NCBI GenBank assembly: GCA_951406725.2
Contig: OX597826.1
Location: 70,804,001-70,868,000 of the forward strand
Reading direction: 5' to 3'
Source: Octopus vulgaris
Taxonomy: Eukaryota
DNA length: 64,000 nucleotides
The number at the start of each line of letters is the position of its first letter. The stretch's first letter is position 1. The translations under genes were made by a program, and so were the position numbers. Shown here piece by piece: positions 12,779 through 26,900 of this stretch. The notes beneath the pieces were generated by a model. It saw nothing but the letters and a program-made list of their open reading frames with translations. It searched no databases and had not been told where the DNA came from.

Positions 12779-12940
12779 TACGACGGGCTTCTTTCAGTTT
12801 CCGTCTACCAAACCCACTCACAATAGTTTGGTCGGCCCAAGGCTATAGTAGAAGGCAATTGCCCAAGGTGCCACGCAGTGGCACTGAACCCGGAACCATG
12901 TGGTTGGTAAGCAAGCTACTTACCACACAGCTACTCCTAC
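12518..12940 (-). mobile_element. SINE family A, full length
   Basis: Homologous to 7152-7586. Confidence 0.93.
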
Positions 12941-12974
12941 GCCTGTCAGATTTTTTAAAAAAATGAATTCTGTA

Positions 12975-13312
12975 AGACATGTGAGAGATGTGGACATTTG
13001 GAAGAATGGAGTTGCAGGTACGTGGAGATGCGGTTTTATAAAACTGTGAAATCGTGGATGTATGGAAGGTGTGGAAATGTGGAAGTATGAAACTGTGGAG
13101 GTGCACAGAGGTGTGGAAGATGTGCAATATGAAGACTTGGTGACATGAATGTTTAGATATGTGGGGGTTATAGAGATAAAGAGATGAGGAGTTGTGTTGG
13201 TGTGCAGAGAAGCGGAAGTGTGGCTGTATGGACATATAGAGTTGTGGAAGCGTGAAGGTATAGAGCTGTGAAATTGTAGATCTGTGGGCTTGCGGAAAAG
13301 TGGAAATGCGGG
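12975..13312. repeat. Degenerate TGTGGA-containing minisatellite
   Basis: tgtgga/tgtgaa recurring every ~8-16 bp. Confidence 0.75.
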
Positions 13313-13452
13313 GCTAAAATTTGTTTAAATGGAAGTCATTTTGTATATAAAGGTCGGCCATTTTACTGTGATGTTTAAATTACTGTCGGCTGTGTGGAAA
13401 ATAGGTACGCGAGGTGAAAGGTTTCATTTGCTATTCTTAGGAAAACTATTGA

Positions 13453-13474
13453 TTATTATTATTATTATTATTAT

Positions 13475-13533
<59 letters not shown>

Positions 13534-13534
13534 A

Positions 13535-13566
<32 letters not shown>

Positions 13567-13817
13567 TTGGTGCTGGTGCTGGTGGCGGCGGCGGCAGCGG
13601 TGGTGTTGGTGGTAGCGATAGTGGCAGAGGTGATGATGTCCGTGGTGTGGTCGTGGGGACCATTGTAATTCTATTGAAATAACATATTGGGATGGGTGAT
13701 AAAGCATCATTTATGGTTGATCGAATAACAAATGTTTTAGTTGTCTGATGTCTGGTTACTGATGTCAGTGTAAGATATGAATTTATACATACATACATAC
13801 ACACATACATACATACA

Positions 13818-13851
<34 letters not shown>

Positions 13852-13900
13852 CATACATACATACATACATACATACATACATACATACATACATACATGC
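13453..13900. repeat. Microsatellites (ATT)n(ACT)n(AGT)n(GGT)n and (CATA)n
   Basis: Seen directly. Confidence 0.95.
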
Positions 13901-14332
13901 ATATATACATATGTGTATGCATATTCACTATTCACACAGACACCGACTCATGTTATATATATATATATATATATATACGTATTTGTGTATATGTATGAAC
14001 GTATTATGCAAGGCATATATACACATATATACACAGCTTTTTAGGTATATATGTATGTATATCATATATGTAATATATATCACATAATATATATAATCTT
14101 ACCTTATATATTATATGCATGTGAGTATATATGTGCTAGCGTATTCATATATGTTATTTACAATATATACCTAAATGTGTATATATATATATATATGTAT
14201 GTATGTATGATATATACGTATATAAGCATACATACTTATACATGTGTGTTATTTGTATATATCACTGCATAATAGAATTAAGTGTTAGCAGGGGAACTGT
14301 ACGAATAACAACACCATGTGCTGCTGCTGCCG

Positions 14333-14399
<67 letters not shown>

Positions 14400-14754
14400 C
14401 ACAGCCTATTCTCATTCCATCACTTCACGACTTGATATTTGTTGAACAATGCCACAGGCAGCGATACAACCATTACAGTGTTAAACCAATTTAAAATATG
14501 GCTGCTAATGTACAGATTTATGGCTAAGGTGACCTTGACATTCACAGTATTTGTTTGTGTGTGCGCGCGCATGAATGTGTGATACATGAGAGACTGAGTG
14601 TTTATGTGTGGCCGTTGTGCGTGGCACGTTATGGTTGTTGTGTAGCTCCTAGCCAACCCTAATCGAACAGATCTATAATCATTCACTTCAGCCGTGACGT
14701 TCCCTGTCTGTGTAGAGTTTTCAAGGACTACATTAACGAAAACATTTTCTCTCC

Positions 14755-14806
<52 letters not shown>

Positions 14807-14818
14807 CTCTCTTCCTCT

Positions 14819-14850
<32 letters not shown>

Positions 14851-14979
14851 GCGTAGTTTGAACGTGATTGGGTTGCGATTCCTTCTAGCAGTTCATTCAA
14901 CCACGTCGATGTTTCTTTGTCGCTTTACTCCCCGCGTTTGCACAACATGTGTATACGATGCTCATGTGTGTGTGTGCGC

Positions 14980-15017
<38 letters not shown>

Positions 15018-16291
15018 CATCTTTAATAATACATACTTTTTTTGCTAACTTTGTGGAGCTTCTGACGAGCGTGTGAGTAGGCAAATTGGTCGGATATTGA
15101 CAACGTGAGCGGATATGAGATAAAATCGTTTGAAACAAATATACTACCATAATACTCTCCCGGGATATTACTGGTACATTTTTCCATTAATTATCTTAAT
15201 AATATAAAAGGTTAAAACATATGACACTTGAACAGTCTTGTTGTTTCTGCCTATGATCAAAAGCATTCTAGACCCTGCGTCATTTTCAGAGGTCTCTAAA
15301 TCTATGTTATCTGTGTCCTTCGTCTTTTAAAGTCGAGGCCAGTGAAAGGGTCAGTAATTAGAATCATCGAACCACCGCCGCTCCTGTTTCTCCTAACCGC
15401 CAGAACTCTTTCGAACCAACGGGCGATCATCTACATAGCAGGTTGCCCTGCTAGACATAGCAGTTAAATGCCTCCTTTCATTCAAACGCTATTTTCTTAA
15501 CAGTGCATGAACATATTTGATAGTAATGGCTGGAATGCCTTTGAGCATAGTTCTACTTATCTAAGTCTGCGCAAGCTGACCAATGATCGCAATGGGTTAA
15601 ACAGCAGTAGCAACAATAATGTTATATATTCAATGTTTCACATAATACCTAAAAGTCAGGTCTTGATGCGAGCTGACGAAGGTGTATTTACCTAGTCTCT
15701 TGATATGCTACAAATAGCGACCAAATTTTCTTCAAGTCTCTCTTCGTTATCTTAAAGATGAAATAACACATCGGATAAAGTGGCCCTAGGCACGCTGAAT
15801 TCGAAAAAAGAAATTAGGAATGGTTACAGTGAGAACATCTTTGATTACAACTATATTGGATCTGGAATGAAATGGGGTTAAACCACAACATAATATTGGG
15901 TGGTTACACGCAGAATTTCTGTAACCGTAGGTCTACAGAACCATACAAGACCAGGTTTGACCTGGACTAACTAGGATTACGCAAAACTCAATGACTAAAA
16001 CCCTGCAATAGTGCTATAAGAAATATATGGTAATCTGCAGACATTGATTGCAACCAGTTTTGTGCTTTGGATGCCAGAATGTCTTTGATAACTGTTTCTA
16101 TTTCTCCAGACATTTCTCCAGGAGGCAAAATTTTATTGAAGGTAGGCATACAAGATAGATTTTAAATTTTGGCACAAGGTTAACAATTTTAGGGGAGAAT
16201 GTAAGCCGATTACATTGCACCGCGGTGCTCTATTGATACTTATTTTATCGACTGCAAAAGGATGAAAAGCAAAATCGACCTCATTGCATAT

Positions 16292-16702
16292 TACTCTTAC
16301 TCTTACACTTTTTCACTTGTTTCAGTCATTTGACTGCGGCCATGCTGGAGCACCACCTTTAGTCGAGCAACTCGACCCTGGGACTTATTCTTTGTAAGCC
16401 TAGTACTTATTCTATCGGTCACTTTTGCCGAACCGCTAAGTGACAGGGACGTAAACACACCACCATCGGTTGTCAAGCAATGCTAGGGGGACAAACACAG
16501 ACACACAAACATACACGCACACATATATATATACATATATACGACAGGCTTCTTTCAGTTTCCGTCTACCAAATCCACTCACAAGGCATTGGTCGGCCCG
16601 GGGCTATAGCAGAATACACATGCCCAAGATGCCACGCAGTGGGACTGAACCCGGAACCATGTGGTTGGTTAGCAAGCTACTTACCACACAGCCACTCCTG
16701 CG
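16292..16702 (-). mobile_element. SINE family A, full length
   Basis: Homologous to 7152-7586. Confidence 0.93.
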
Positions 16703-17446
16703 CCTACATATATACATATATAGAAAAACATGCAAAGGATATACCCAATGTCCACACGGATACTTTCTTGCTAATAATAAATTTCATTGTCACTTAACCC
16801 TGGTTTATTTTGGTTTACCATTCTACAGTGGTCGAAATTGGTAAATTTTTCACTTATCTCCTTGTAACAATAACTTTCAACCGTCAAGTAAATGTACCTG
16901 AACAAAACTAGGCTGAATATATACGTTAAATTTTTGAGTTACGTAAAATGTTCCGATTGTTATGGAAACATATGTAGGACGGATTTACCTTCTCCATTCC
17001 CTACGCCTATCAATTTATATTCCGTTACTTCAAGTTTCGTTTCCTAGAATTAAATATTCTTAGGAAATTCTTAGCAGAGCCATTACGGTCGAGTCTATAT
17101 CAGTTACAACGGTTTATTTGCATTTGTATTCTGAAGAATTCATTTTTCAATACTTGCTCAATGCTTACACATAGTTACACATACGCACACACACACATAC
17201 ATACACACAAAAACGTATGTATGTCTGCATGCATGCATGTATGTACGCAGTCTCAACCCCGAGGAAAACATTCTATCCAATACATCGGTAACATGACCCC
17301 CTCCGGCAATATTCTTTCATTCTTTCTGCCAATTTTCAATGTAATGTAAGATTTGCCCATGCAGACCAATAACACTTTCCCTGGAAACACTTTTATCTGA
17401 TATATCCATATCTAGCTCTTTCTCTCTCTCCCTCTCTCCCTCTCTC

Positions 17447-17449
<3 letters not shown>

Positions 17450-17516
<67 letters not shown>

Positions 17517-17627
17517 ATGTATATATGTATATATATATATGTATATATATATGTATATATATATGTATATGTATATATGTATGTGTATATATGTATATAT
17601 ATGTATGTATACATATACATATATATG

Positions 17628-17669
<42 letters not shown>

Positions 17670-17724
17670 TATATGTATATGTATACATATATATATACAT
17701 ATATACACATACATATATATATAC

Positions 17725-17755
<31 letters not shown>

Positions 17756-17826
17756 CATATATATACATATATATATATACATATATACATATATATATAT
17801 ACATATATATATACTTATATACACAA

Positions 17827-17868
<42 letters not shown>
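17450..17868. repeat. Long TA-rich quasi-palindromic microsatellite
   Basis: ATATGT-type variants in the left half and ACATAT-type variants in the right half. Confidence 0.95.
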
Positions 17869-17872
<4 letters not shown>

Positions 17873-18372
17873 CACAAATACATACGTATGCGCGCGCTCA
17901 TACACACACTAGACATATATGTATATATACTTAATAATATATTAAAATGCACGACATGTTACCCTACGAATTAGGGCCCAGCATTCAGACTACATTAAAC
18001 TCCTATCTTCAGGCCAAACGCTTTCTTGGAAGAAACGCAGACTGTCAGAATAAAGGTATAAAATAAGTTATAAAAGATATGGTGCATCAATAAGCTGCTG
18101 CTTGTTTTTATCTCAACTACGCGTGCGCGCACGCACACACACGCACACATATATACAAATTCATACTCATAAACAAATAATAGCAGGCATACAGAGAGAC
18201 AAGCACGCAGAGACGCACATAAATTTCTTTAAAGTCGTTCACACACACACACACACATATATGTGTATGTATATGTATGTATATGTATGTGCGTATGTAT
18301 GTATGTATTATGTATGTGTATGTGTGTACACATATATATATACGTATATAGATACATACATATACATATATA

Positions 18373-18560
18373 TTCTATTGTATAAAATTCGTTCTGTCTG
18401 TCTGTGTGTGTGTCTTCTAGGATCTCGGGCATCCTCCATCCGATTGTCTTGAAAAAATTACAAAAATCGGTTCCAGGTGAGAATGCGATCGATAAAGCAT
18501 TCTTTGGAATAGAAAAAAACATCTATCTTTATTTCTTCTTTTGCTGGTGTCTCAAATTTA
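18373..18560 (+). mobile_element. Probable Helitron 5' fragment
   Basis: TCTAT..TATAAAA..(GTCT)n..CCGATT pattern typical of non-autonomous animal Helitron 5' ends; no 3' CTAG end recognised. Confidence 0.45.
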
Positions 18561-18881
18561 GGTTAAATCAGTGTTTCTCAAAGGGGAAACCTATGGGACG
18601 GTCGGACAAGAAGTTTTGAGAAAATTTGGTTTAAATGTTTGACAACTCAGCACCGTCCATTGGACGGGGAGCGTTTTGCTCGTGTGTGTGTATGTATGTA
18701 TGTATGTGTGTATGTATGTATGTATGTATGTATGTATGTATGTATGTATGTATGTATGAACTAACGGTGGCTCTAATCTACAACGACAATAGTTATTTTT
18801 GCAAGGAAGCAAGAATTAAGTCGGTCGATTAATCTGCACGTAAATTTAAAATCAAGTTTTCTCTCTTTCTCTCTCTCTCTT

Positions 18882-18917
<36 letters not shown>

Positions 18918-19587
18918 GTATAGTACTATGGATAAAACATTTCCTCGCGAAATACTTTCATATCTGTTTCCCTTGCATTTCTCTTAGCAAATATATCCTT
19001 TACTATATCCTACTATTTCCCTTTCCTCTCACGATAAAATGTTATAATAATAAATAATAAATTAATATTAATAAATAATAAAATAATACAATGGTATAGA
19101 TATAGCCATTTTATGTCGGACTGAAGAAATTCAATCAGATCGAAATAGTAGCCATATACGAATATTAAGGACTTTATAGCCGATTACGAATATTAAGAAG
19201 TTTATAGTTGAAATGTAAAGCAAAAGGAAATTGAATAAATGCCCAAAGTTTATACGATATACCTAAAACATTTGCTTCAATAACGACAAAAAATATATAA
19301 TACTGATTTCTGGCAAGATGTTCTCTTCATTACAAAAGAAATGTGCAAGAATGAATAAAAAATGTATAGTTACATATACGTACATAAATGGCGCTGAAGT
19401 GTATCAATGCGTGGAATTTGCCTCTGTTTTATATTCTTTGCATTTCGTCTGGTTTTTCCAGTTTTTCTTTCTTTTCTAGGTCCTGTTCAAAAAATGTTAA
19501 CCATTTCTATCAGAGCGTGAAACTAATAATAATTTAAAATTTCATCTTCTCTATCTTTATTTTACTAATAAATATACAAATATACGT

Positions 19588-19651
<64 letters not shown>

Positions 19652-20322
19652 TTTTCAGTACGCACATATAAGCTCCTATGCTATTATGCCGGCTTAGGCG
19701 TAGCAATTCCAACTTGCAATTTCGTAGGTTAGCACCGAGCTGTGCTATGTATGTGTGTGTACAAGTATGTAAGTTAAGCTGATGTATATATATATTGTAA
19801 TTTGTGCATATATTTATGCACAAACTACAATATATACACCAGGAACAGCGAAACAGTATATATACAGGAACATGGAAACTTGAAGCAGACAGAACTATCA
19901 ATAACAACAAACTTGTAAATATCAGGTCAAAATCCTTTGGAACTGAAAAGTCGAAGGCTACCCGTGGGACCTGAACGCGCATCATTAGTAAACGTGATAG
20001 ACGTTCAACAACTGAACCAGATGATCTTTCGAAATTCTATAATCATTTTAGAAACTTTATTCTTACCAGTGAGAATTGTATGTTGTTCACGTCTTAAAAA
20101 TTTAGGACATTTAATATGAACGTGTAATTATCCTATTTTGGAACACTGAAACTCGATGCAATTTTTCTTTCCAAAAGGATTTTTAGCCATTATTTACGCG
20201 GTTATCTATAAATATTATTTATAGTTTCAATGTGCTAAATACGAATTATTCACGCTCAGCTCGAAGTTTTTATATTCTCATGACGTCAATAATACACATA
20301 CACACACATCTATATACACATA

Positions 20323-20382
<60 letters not shown>

Positions 20383-20387
20383 CACAT

Positions 20388-20598
20388 ACTCTTTTACTTG
20401 TTTCAGTCATTTGACTGCGGCCATGCTGGAGCACCGCCTCTTAATCGACAACTCGACCCCGGGACTTATTCTTTTGTAAGCCCAGTACTTATTCTATCGG
20501 TCTCTTTTGCCGAACCGCTAAGTAACGTGGACATAAACACACCAGCATCGGTTGTCAAGCAATGCTAGGGGACAAACACAGACACACAAACACACACA

Positions 20599-20656
<58 letters not shown>

Positions 20657-20673
20657 TACGACGGGCTTCTTTC
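20388..20673 (-). mobile_element. SINE family A, 5'-truncated
   Basis: 3' half plus internal microsatellite; homology stops at gggcttctttca. Confidence 0.92.
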
Positions 20674-21711
20674 ATACATACATATACTTATATGTAAGTA
20701 TTTATATATCAAGTATATGCATTTACAGACACGTACAGGCAGACAGAAGACCAATCAAGCACTTAGCAACACTCCAAGAGAATTGCAATGAGTCAATTAA
20801 TGAGAGTTCATTGTATACATGTATATAAAAAAAAAACTGGCCCTCCGTCAGTTGCGACGACAAATGTTCAAATTGATCAGATTAACGGAAAAGTCTGACC
20901 TTGAAATTAACGTGTAATCAGCTGAGCACTCCACAGAACACACGTACCTTTAATGTAATACAGCAGAATCGAGAAATGGCGCAGGCTGACTGCGTGGTAA
21001 GAAACTTGCTTCCCAAACACATTTCGTCTGACTGTACCTTCTGAGTTCAAATTCCGCTGAGGTCGACTTCCCTTTCATCCATTCAGAATCGATAAATTAA
21101 GTACCAATTTGCGTACACTGGGATCGATGTAATCGACTTAATCCCTTTGTCTATCTTTGTTTGTTCCCTCTGTGTTTAGCCCCTAGTGGGTAGTAAAGAA
21201 ATAGGAATTTCGTCTGACTGTTCGTTCTGAGTTCAAATTCCGCTGAGGTCGACTTTCCTTTCATCCATTCAGAATCGATAAATTAAGTACCAATTTGCGT
21301 ACAGGATCGATCTAATTGACTGATCCCTACCCCCAAAATTTCGGGCCTTGTGCCTAGAATAGAAAAAAAATACGAAAGACGTCGGTGTCGGAAGACGTAA
21401 CGGACCTTCGTCGCCTTCTGACGTAACATCACACTTTGAAATTAATATTCTCATATTCAAATAACAGATTCTTTAACAACCTTCCGGATGGAATCTTGCT
21501 GTTGCTGTTGAAATCTACTGACATAATGAAAAGCAAACATTGAAATGTCGATTGAATTAAGCGAGGAAATACAATGAACTCTCATTAATTGACTCATTGC
21601 AATTCTCTTGGAGTGTTGCTAAGTGCTTGATTAGTCTTCTGTCTGCCTCTACGTGTCTGTAAATGCATATACTTGATATATAAATTCCTACATATAAGTA
21701 TATGTATGTAT
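20674..21711. repeat. Inverted repeat pair, ~143 bp arms (20674-20816 and 21569-21711)
   Basis: Arms are reverse complements with about four mismatches by eye. Confidence 0.93.
21022..21367 (+). mobile_element. SINE family B dimer
   Basis: Two tandem B-box/Nin-like units with the same junction as the copies at 31101 and 42170. Confidence 0.9.
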
Positions 21712-21762
21712 AATATATACGTATATATTTTTCAACACATTCGTAGATACATACATATGTAC

Positions 21763-21806
<44 letters not shown>

Positions 21807-21808
21807 TA

Positions 21809-22071
<263 letters not shown>

Positions 22072-22124
22072 ACCCACACACATACACTCACACACACAAA
22101 CACACACACACATACACACACACA

Positions 22125-22488
22125 AGTCCTGGGGGTCGACTTGCCAAAACTCTCCAGTTCCCTCCGTGTTTTGCCGCATGCATACTACCAACCAAGTTCT
22201 TGACCCCAGTCCATTGTTTGCTGTTATCAGTTCACAAACGTCTCTAACAGCCTCTTTCTCTTTTCCCCTTCACTCTTCCTGTCAGGATGATCTTGGGCAA
22301 TGATTCGTGAGGCATTGTTTGTCCAAAATACAATAGATTTGTGAACTTGATTCTCGACTATAGATATCTTTGGTCTTTCAGCTCTTCTAGCACTGCAGCA
22401 TTTGCCACCTTATTTTCCCACTTTATTCTGCCCAATCTGCGCCAAATCCTAATTTCAAAGGCACCTATCTTTTTGCCTCGTTTTTCAG
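22125..22488 (-). mobile_element. RTE/BovB-like LINE 3' fragment
   Basis: Minus translation KKIGAFEIRIWRRLGRIKWENKVANAAVL...LLYFGQ..HESLPKIILTGRVKGKRERG, typical of the RTE C-terminus; 3' end abuts (TG)n. Confidence 0.85.
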
Positions 22489-22499
22489 TACATTGCCTC

Positions 22500-22712
22500 T
22501 TAACCCTTTTGTTACCATATTTCTGTTGAGATGCTCTGTGTTTCTTTCAATTAATTTTAAATATAACAAAGAATTTAGTAAAATAACTTAGTTATCATTA
22601 AGCTAATGTTAGAAACATATATTGTGACTAAGGTTTGGTGGAAGATTTTAATTCAAAACTTATGAAAACAAAACATTTGTACTACAGAGCCAGAGGCGGT
22701 TTCAGCCGGGTT
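22500..22712. mobile_element. piggyBac-like MITE, one end retained
   Basis: Starts TTAA|CCCTTT; the opposite terminus is not intact. Confidence 0.5.
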
Positions 22713-23285
22713 CTCTTTCGCGTGTAACAGTCGGTTGAACGCTTTGTCACATACTGTGTGATATGTCAACTGAGAATTAAGTGACAAGTGTTTCATTGAA
22801 TACTCAGTCGCTTGTTATAATGCAAAATGGATTCTCCATGCAATTCGAAGAGCCAGCCTTCTCACACTTAATGTCACGCTGTTTTGTCAGAGGATTATAT
22901 GAAAGTTTAAAGTTTCTGTGGAACAGCCATAGACGTAAGCAGAGAAGCCTCCGGTTATGTTTACTATATACGTAATTACTGTGGCTTTATCAATATTTGC
23001 TTTCTTACAACTCACCTCGTATTGGATTTATCTGTGGAAGAAAAATAAAAAAATAAAAGATATAATACGATATGTTTAAGAAACGGGTACAGACTGAACA
23101 TTTGAATTATCCATACAAAATATAATTCCCAACGGTAGACACATCTTTAGCAATTTAACTCGCTCGTGTATTGATACATGAACAAACAGCTCTGAACTAT
23201 ATCCCGCTTTTCTCTCTATCTTTCACACAAATATCTACCTTTCACTTTCACTCTCCGTTTCTCTCTCTATTTATCTATCTATCAA

Positions 23286-23356
<71 letters not shown>

Positions 23357-23655
23357 CATGAAAGTATATAGAATGTTGCAGACCACTCCCGCGAGAAACG
23401 AAAACAATAAGCTGTAAGGTTTTATAAAATATTGCTTATCAATCAATAACCTTTACCGAATCAATATGTCTGCATATTTTTCAATCAATTGCCGCGTATG
23501 TTATGGCTTTTCTGCTTTTCTGTTTTCTTGTTCTCTTTTGGCAATATATCATTATATATATATTAAACACACACACATATACACATATATATACATGTTT
23601 ATATGCACATATAATACACAAGTATTATATGCATGTACACGTATATACATATGCA

Positions 23656-23722
<67 letters not shown>

Positions 23723-24149
23723 ATTGGTACAGTATTAATATAGCGTGGTTATGAATAAATATTTATACGGAAATCATGCAATCGATGTGTTTAATAAACA
23801 TATATTCAGTCTGGTTTTGAAAATACACTTTATGGATAGAATGTAGAAGTTTCGGCCTCTGGCAGTGGCAATTAAACCGACTAATTTTGTCTTTCATAAA
23901 ACTCATCAGGTATCTCTTACTTCGTTTTCTAGCTGCCAAAGTATAGAAGCAATAGATGATTCAATGCAGATCCGTTAAGTTTTACTGATTGAAAAGAAAT
24001 CCAGTTTAGAAATCACATGTTTTTTTTTTAGACGTTCTTCGCTCTTTAAGTCATTACAGATCTGCATTGAACTCTGTTTTACTGTCATGCTTATATCGAT
24101 AGATTGAATATATACATTTCTTCTTCCTGTCGTAAGTTAGAGTTTTACC

Positions 24150-24335
24150 GTATCAGGACAATTACCCCACGAGGACAATTATACCCCACCCTAGGACAGT
24201 TCCTCCTGACGAAAACTACTCCCGACAATTCATATATCAAGAAGTTTTAAATCATCATCTGTTGCCCTCAGGGGTACTTGTTCTTGGTGGGGTTATTGTC
24301 CATGAGGTGAGGCGGGTGGTAAATGTCCTAGACTC
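24150..24335. mobile_element. MITE with 9-bp TSD (Mutator-like)
   Basis: TSD AGTTTTACC at 24141-24149 and 24336-24344; GGACAATTACCCC-type subterminal repeats in opposite orientation at the two ends; G..C termini. Confidence 0.8.
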
Positions 24336-24424
24336 AGTTTTACCGGTATATTGAAATATGTACTTCGTGTAGTAGTACGGAAAATTACTTGATAAATTGC
24401 TATTTAGTAGAAATATTCTGAAAT

Positions 24425-24499
<75 letters not shown>

Positions 24500-24660
24500 T
24501 GTAATAATAGCCTTGTATAGAACTCCATATACGTATATCTCTGAAGGAAACGTTAGTCGAGTAGAGAGCGGTAAAAAGAAAAGGTTGACTAAAGAATAAG
24601 CGATTATCTTATGTACTTCATCAGCTTACAGCTGTTTCCACTATATATATGTATGTATGC

Positions 24661-24724
<64 letters not shown>

Positions 24725-25988
24725 TGTTACGTCATGAGAATTTAGTAACTTCGAAGATGTGAAATAATTCATTATTAACGATGGAATGCAGAGTAGAAAA
24801 AAAGTGATGAATAAAGCGTGTAAATATTGGGGTAAAGACCCTTGGATGGAAAATGTGTGTACATGCACACGTTTTTGTGCGTGCGTGTGTATATTTGTAT
24901 ATTTGTACACACACAATAAGCTCTTCTACACAATTACGTCTACCTAGTTCCACTCACAAAATATCGATCAACCCATGAGAGAAAACATTTGCGCAAGATG
25001 TCGCAGAGTGAGATCGAAACGAGAAGGATGTAGCGACAAAACGAAATTCATAACCACACGGCCATGCTAGCACCCACTATAGAGAAAATTCACTTGAAGG
25101 TAGCACTGCTTTAAGTGATGCATAAAGAAATTTGTAAAGACTTTATCGGAGTGATAAAATCCTCTAGTATCTATGTTAGGCTTAAAACATACGACTAATG
25201 TGTAGTACATTAGATAAATAGTTTTCTGGGTTGTTATGTTAACCCGGTGACTTTACTTTAATAAGCTATGTAACTACCGTTTATTACATGAGATAAACAT
25301 TGTTTTGAATAGCCATGTTATCTCGGCTTCTGACTTACCATTACATTAACCTACTGTTTATTGTATAAAACAGACGTTCTCTTGGATAGACCTGTTAGCC
25401 CGTTGGCGTTAGTTAAATAAACTAATTGACGACTATTTATTTCATGAAATACATATTCTTCTCTTAGTCGTGTTACCAAGATAACCTTATATTTAGAATC
25501 AATTAAATTTTTGTGTAGTACATTAAAGAAATATTCTTCCTGGTAAACATGTCTATTCAGAAGAATATCTATTGAGTAATACATGTCCTCTCGATGGCAT
25601 TAGATTTACAATCCTTCTGACTATTTTTTACTACATAATATAGACATTGTTCTTCGTAGTCACGTTACCTGATGACGCTAGATTTACAATCGGTCTTACT
25701 ACCATTTGCTGCATAAGATTGGCATTCTGTAGGATGGGTTCCACTTTAAGAATAAAAAATGCATTAAAGGCTAATTGAAATATAAATTAAGGAGTTTCCC
25801 ACTCTGTCGCTCGACCTACAAGAATAAAAAGTCTAAACGTCCTTCAAAGTAAAGCTTAGGCCTTAGAAAGGAGTGGCGGATATGATAATGTGCTAATGCA
25901 TTATTGAATCTGGAAAAGAGCCGAGTCACGGTCAAAATGCCTTTACCTAGAACTAAGCAAAACAACAACAACAGCATCAATAATAGCA

Positions 25989-26029
<41 letters not shown>

Positions 26030-26055
26030 TATTATTATTATTATTATTATTATTC

Positions 26056-26280
26056 AGTAGTTTTATTTTTATAGCGTGCTTTCACTTCACTACCGAGCAC
26101 AGCTCTGTGTGCCTTGGGTATGTGCTGTGATTTGTTGTGATGCTCTGATGGTTATTGTATGGAAAGTGTTCTGCGTAGGATGTGTGCAGTGCCTAGTAGT
26201 GCAATTTTCTGTATGTTATATGTGTTTGTAAGTCCTGGTGTTTTTGTTATGTATTTGTCTGAATATTTTTTTATCATGCC

Positions 26281-26283
<3 letters not shown>
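26056..26283 (-). mobile_element. R4/Dong-like LINE extreme 3' end inside a (TAA)n array
   Basis: GMIKKYSDKYITKTPGLTNTYNIQKIALLGTAHILRRTLSIQ* plus short UTR; (ATT)n on both sides. Confidence 0.88.
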
Positions 26284-26329
<46 letters not shown>

Positions 26330-26429
26330 GTTTTGTCTTGGTATAAAAGATAGGCTACAGCAAATATTCTGCTCAATACCACAGATTTCAACCTCGTTCA
26401 TCACACTTTTTTTTTAGCCATGGTTAGTA

Positions 26430-26900
26430 GACGAGGTAGCAGTGCCTGCAACACATTAAAGGCAGGCGGTTGGGCGATCCTACAATGGACTCGAACAACA
26501 TAAGGATTCGTACTACATCCGATAACAGCTGTTCCACATAACTCCCAAAGTCATCAATACTCGGACACTACATGAGTGTGTGCCGTACGATTATGTTGCT
26601 CTATGCACATTTCAGACAGTCTCACCTGGCCGCACTTCCATGCCTGTAGATTTCACCTTATACCAATGAATACTTTTCACTACCAGACCACGAATTTCTA
26701 TAATTTATTTCTTGAAGTCGCCGGCCCAAAAGCCCCACGCAACAGACAAACCAGTTCGGCCGGTTCCATGTAGGACAGTGGGAGGATTTTGAGATTGGTA
26801 TTTTGGATGTTAAATATTGTGGAAAGAGACCCTGTGAGACCCTTGTCAGTAGGCTGTTGGCCGCTTTTACAAAACCAGCTGGAGCAAGTAAAATCAAGAG
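26430..26900 (-). mobile_element. Decayed Tx1/L1-like LINE fragment (zinc-knuckle region)
   Basis: Broken translation ..YRHGSAAR*DCLKCA*SNIIVRHTLM*CPSIDDFGSYVEQLLS.., homologous to 49850-50100. Confidence 0.78.

Noticed and set aside
18569-18585. CAGTGTTTCTCAAA hAT-like terminus
   Set aside because: No matching opposite TIR or 8-bp TSD found.
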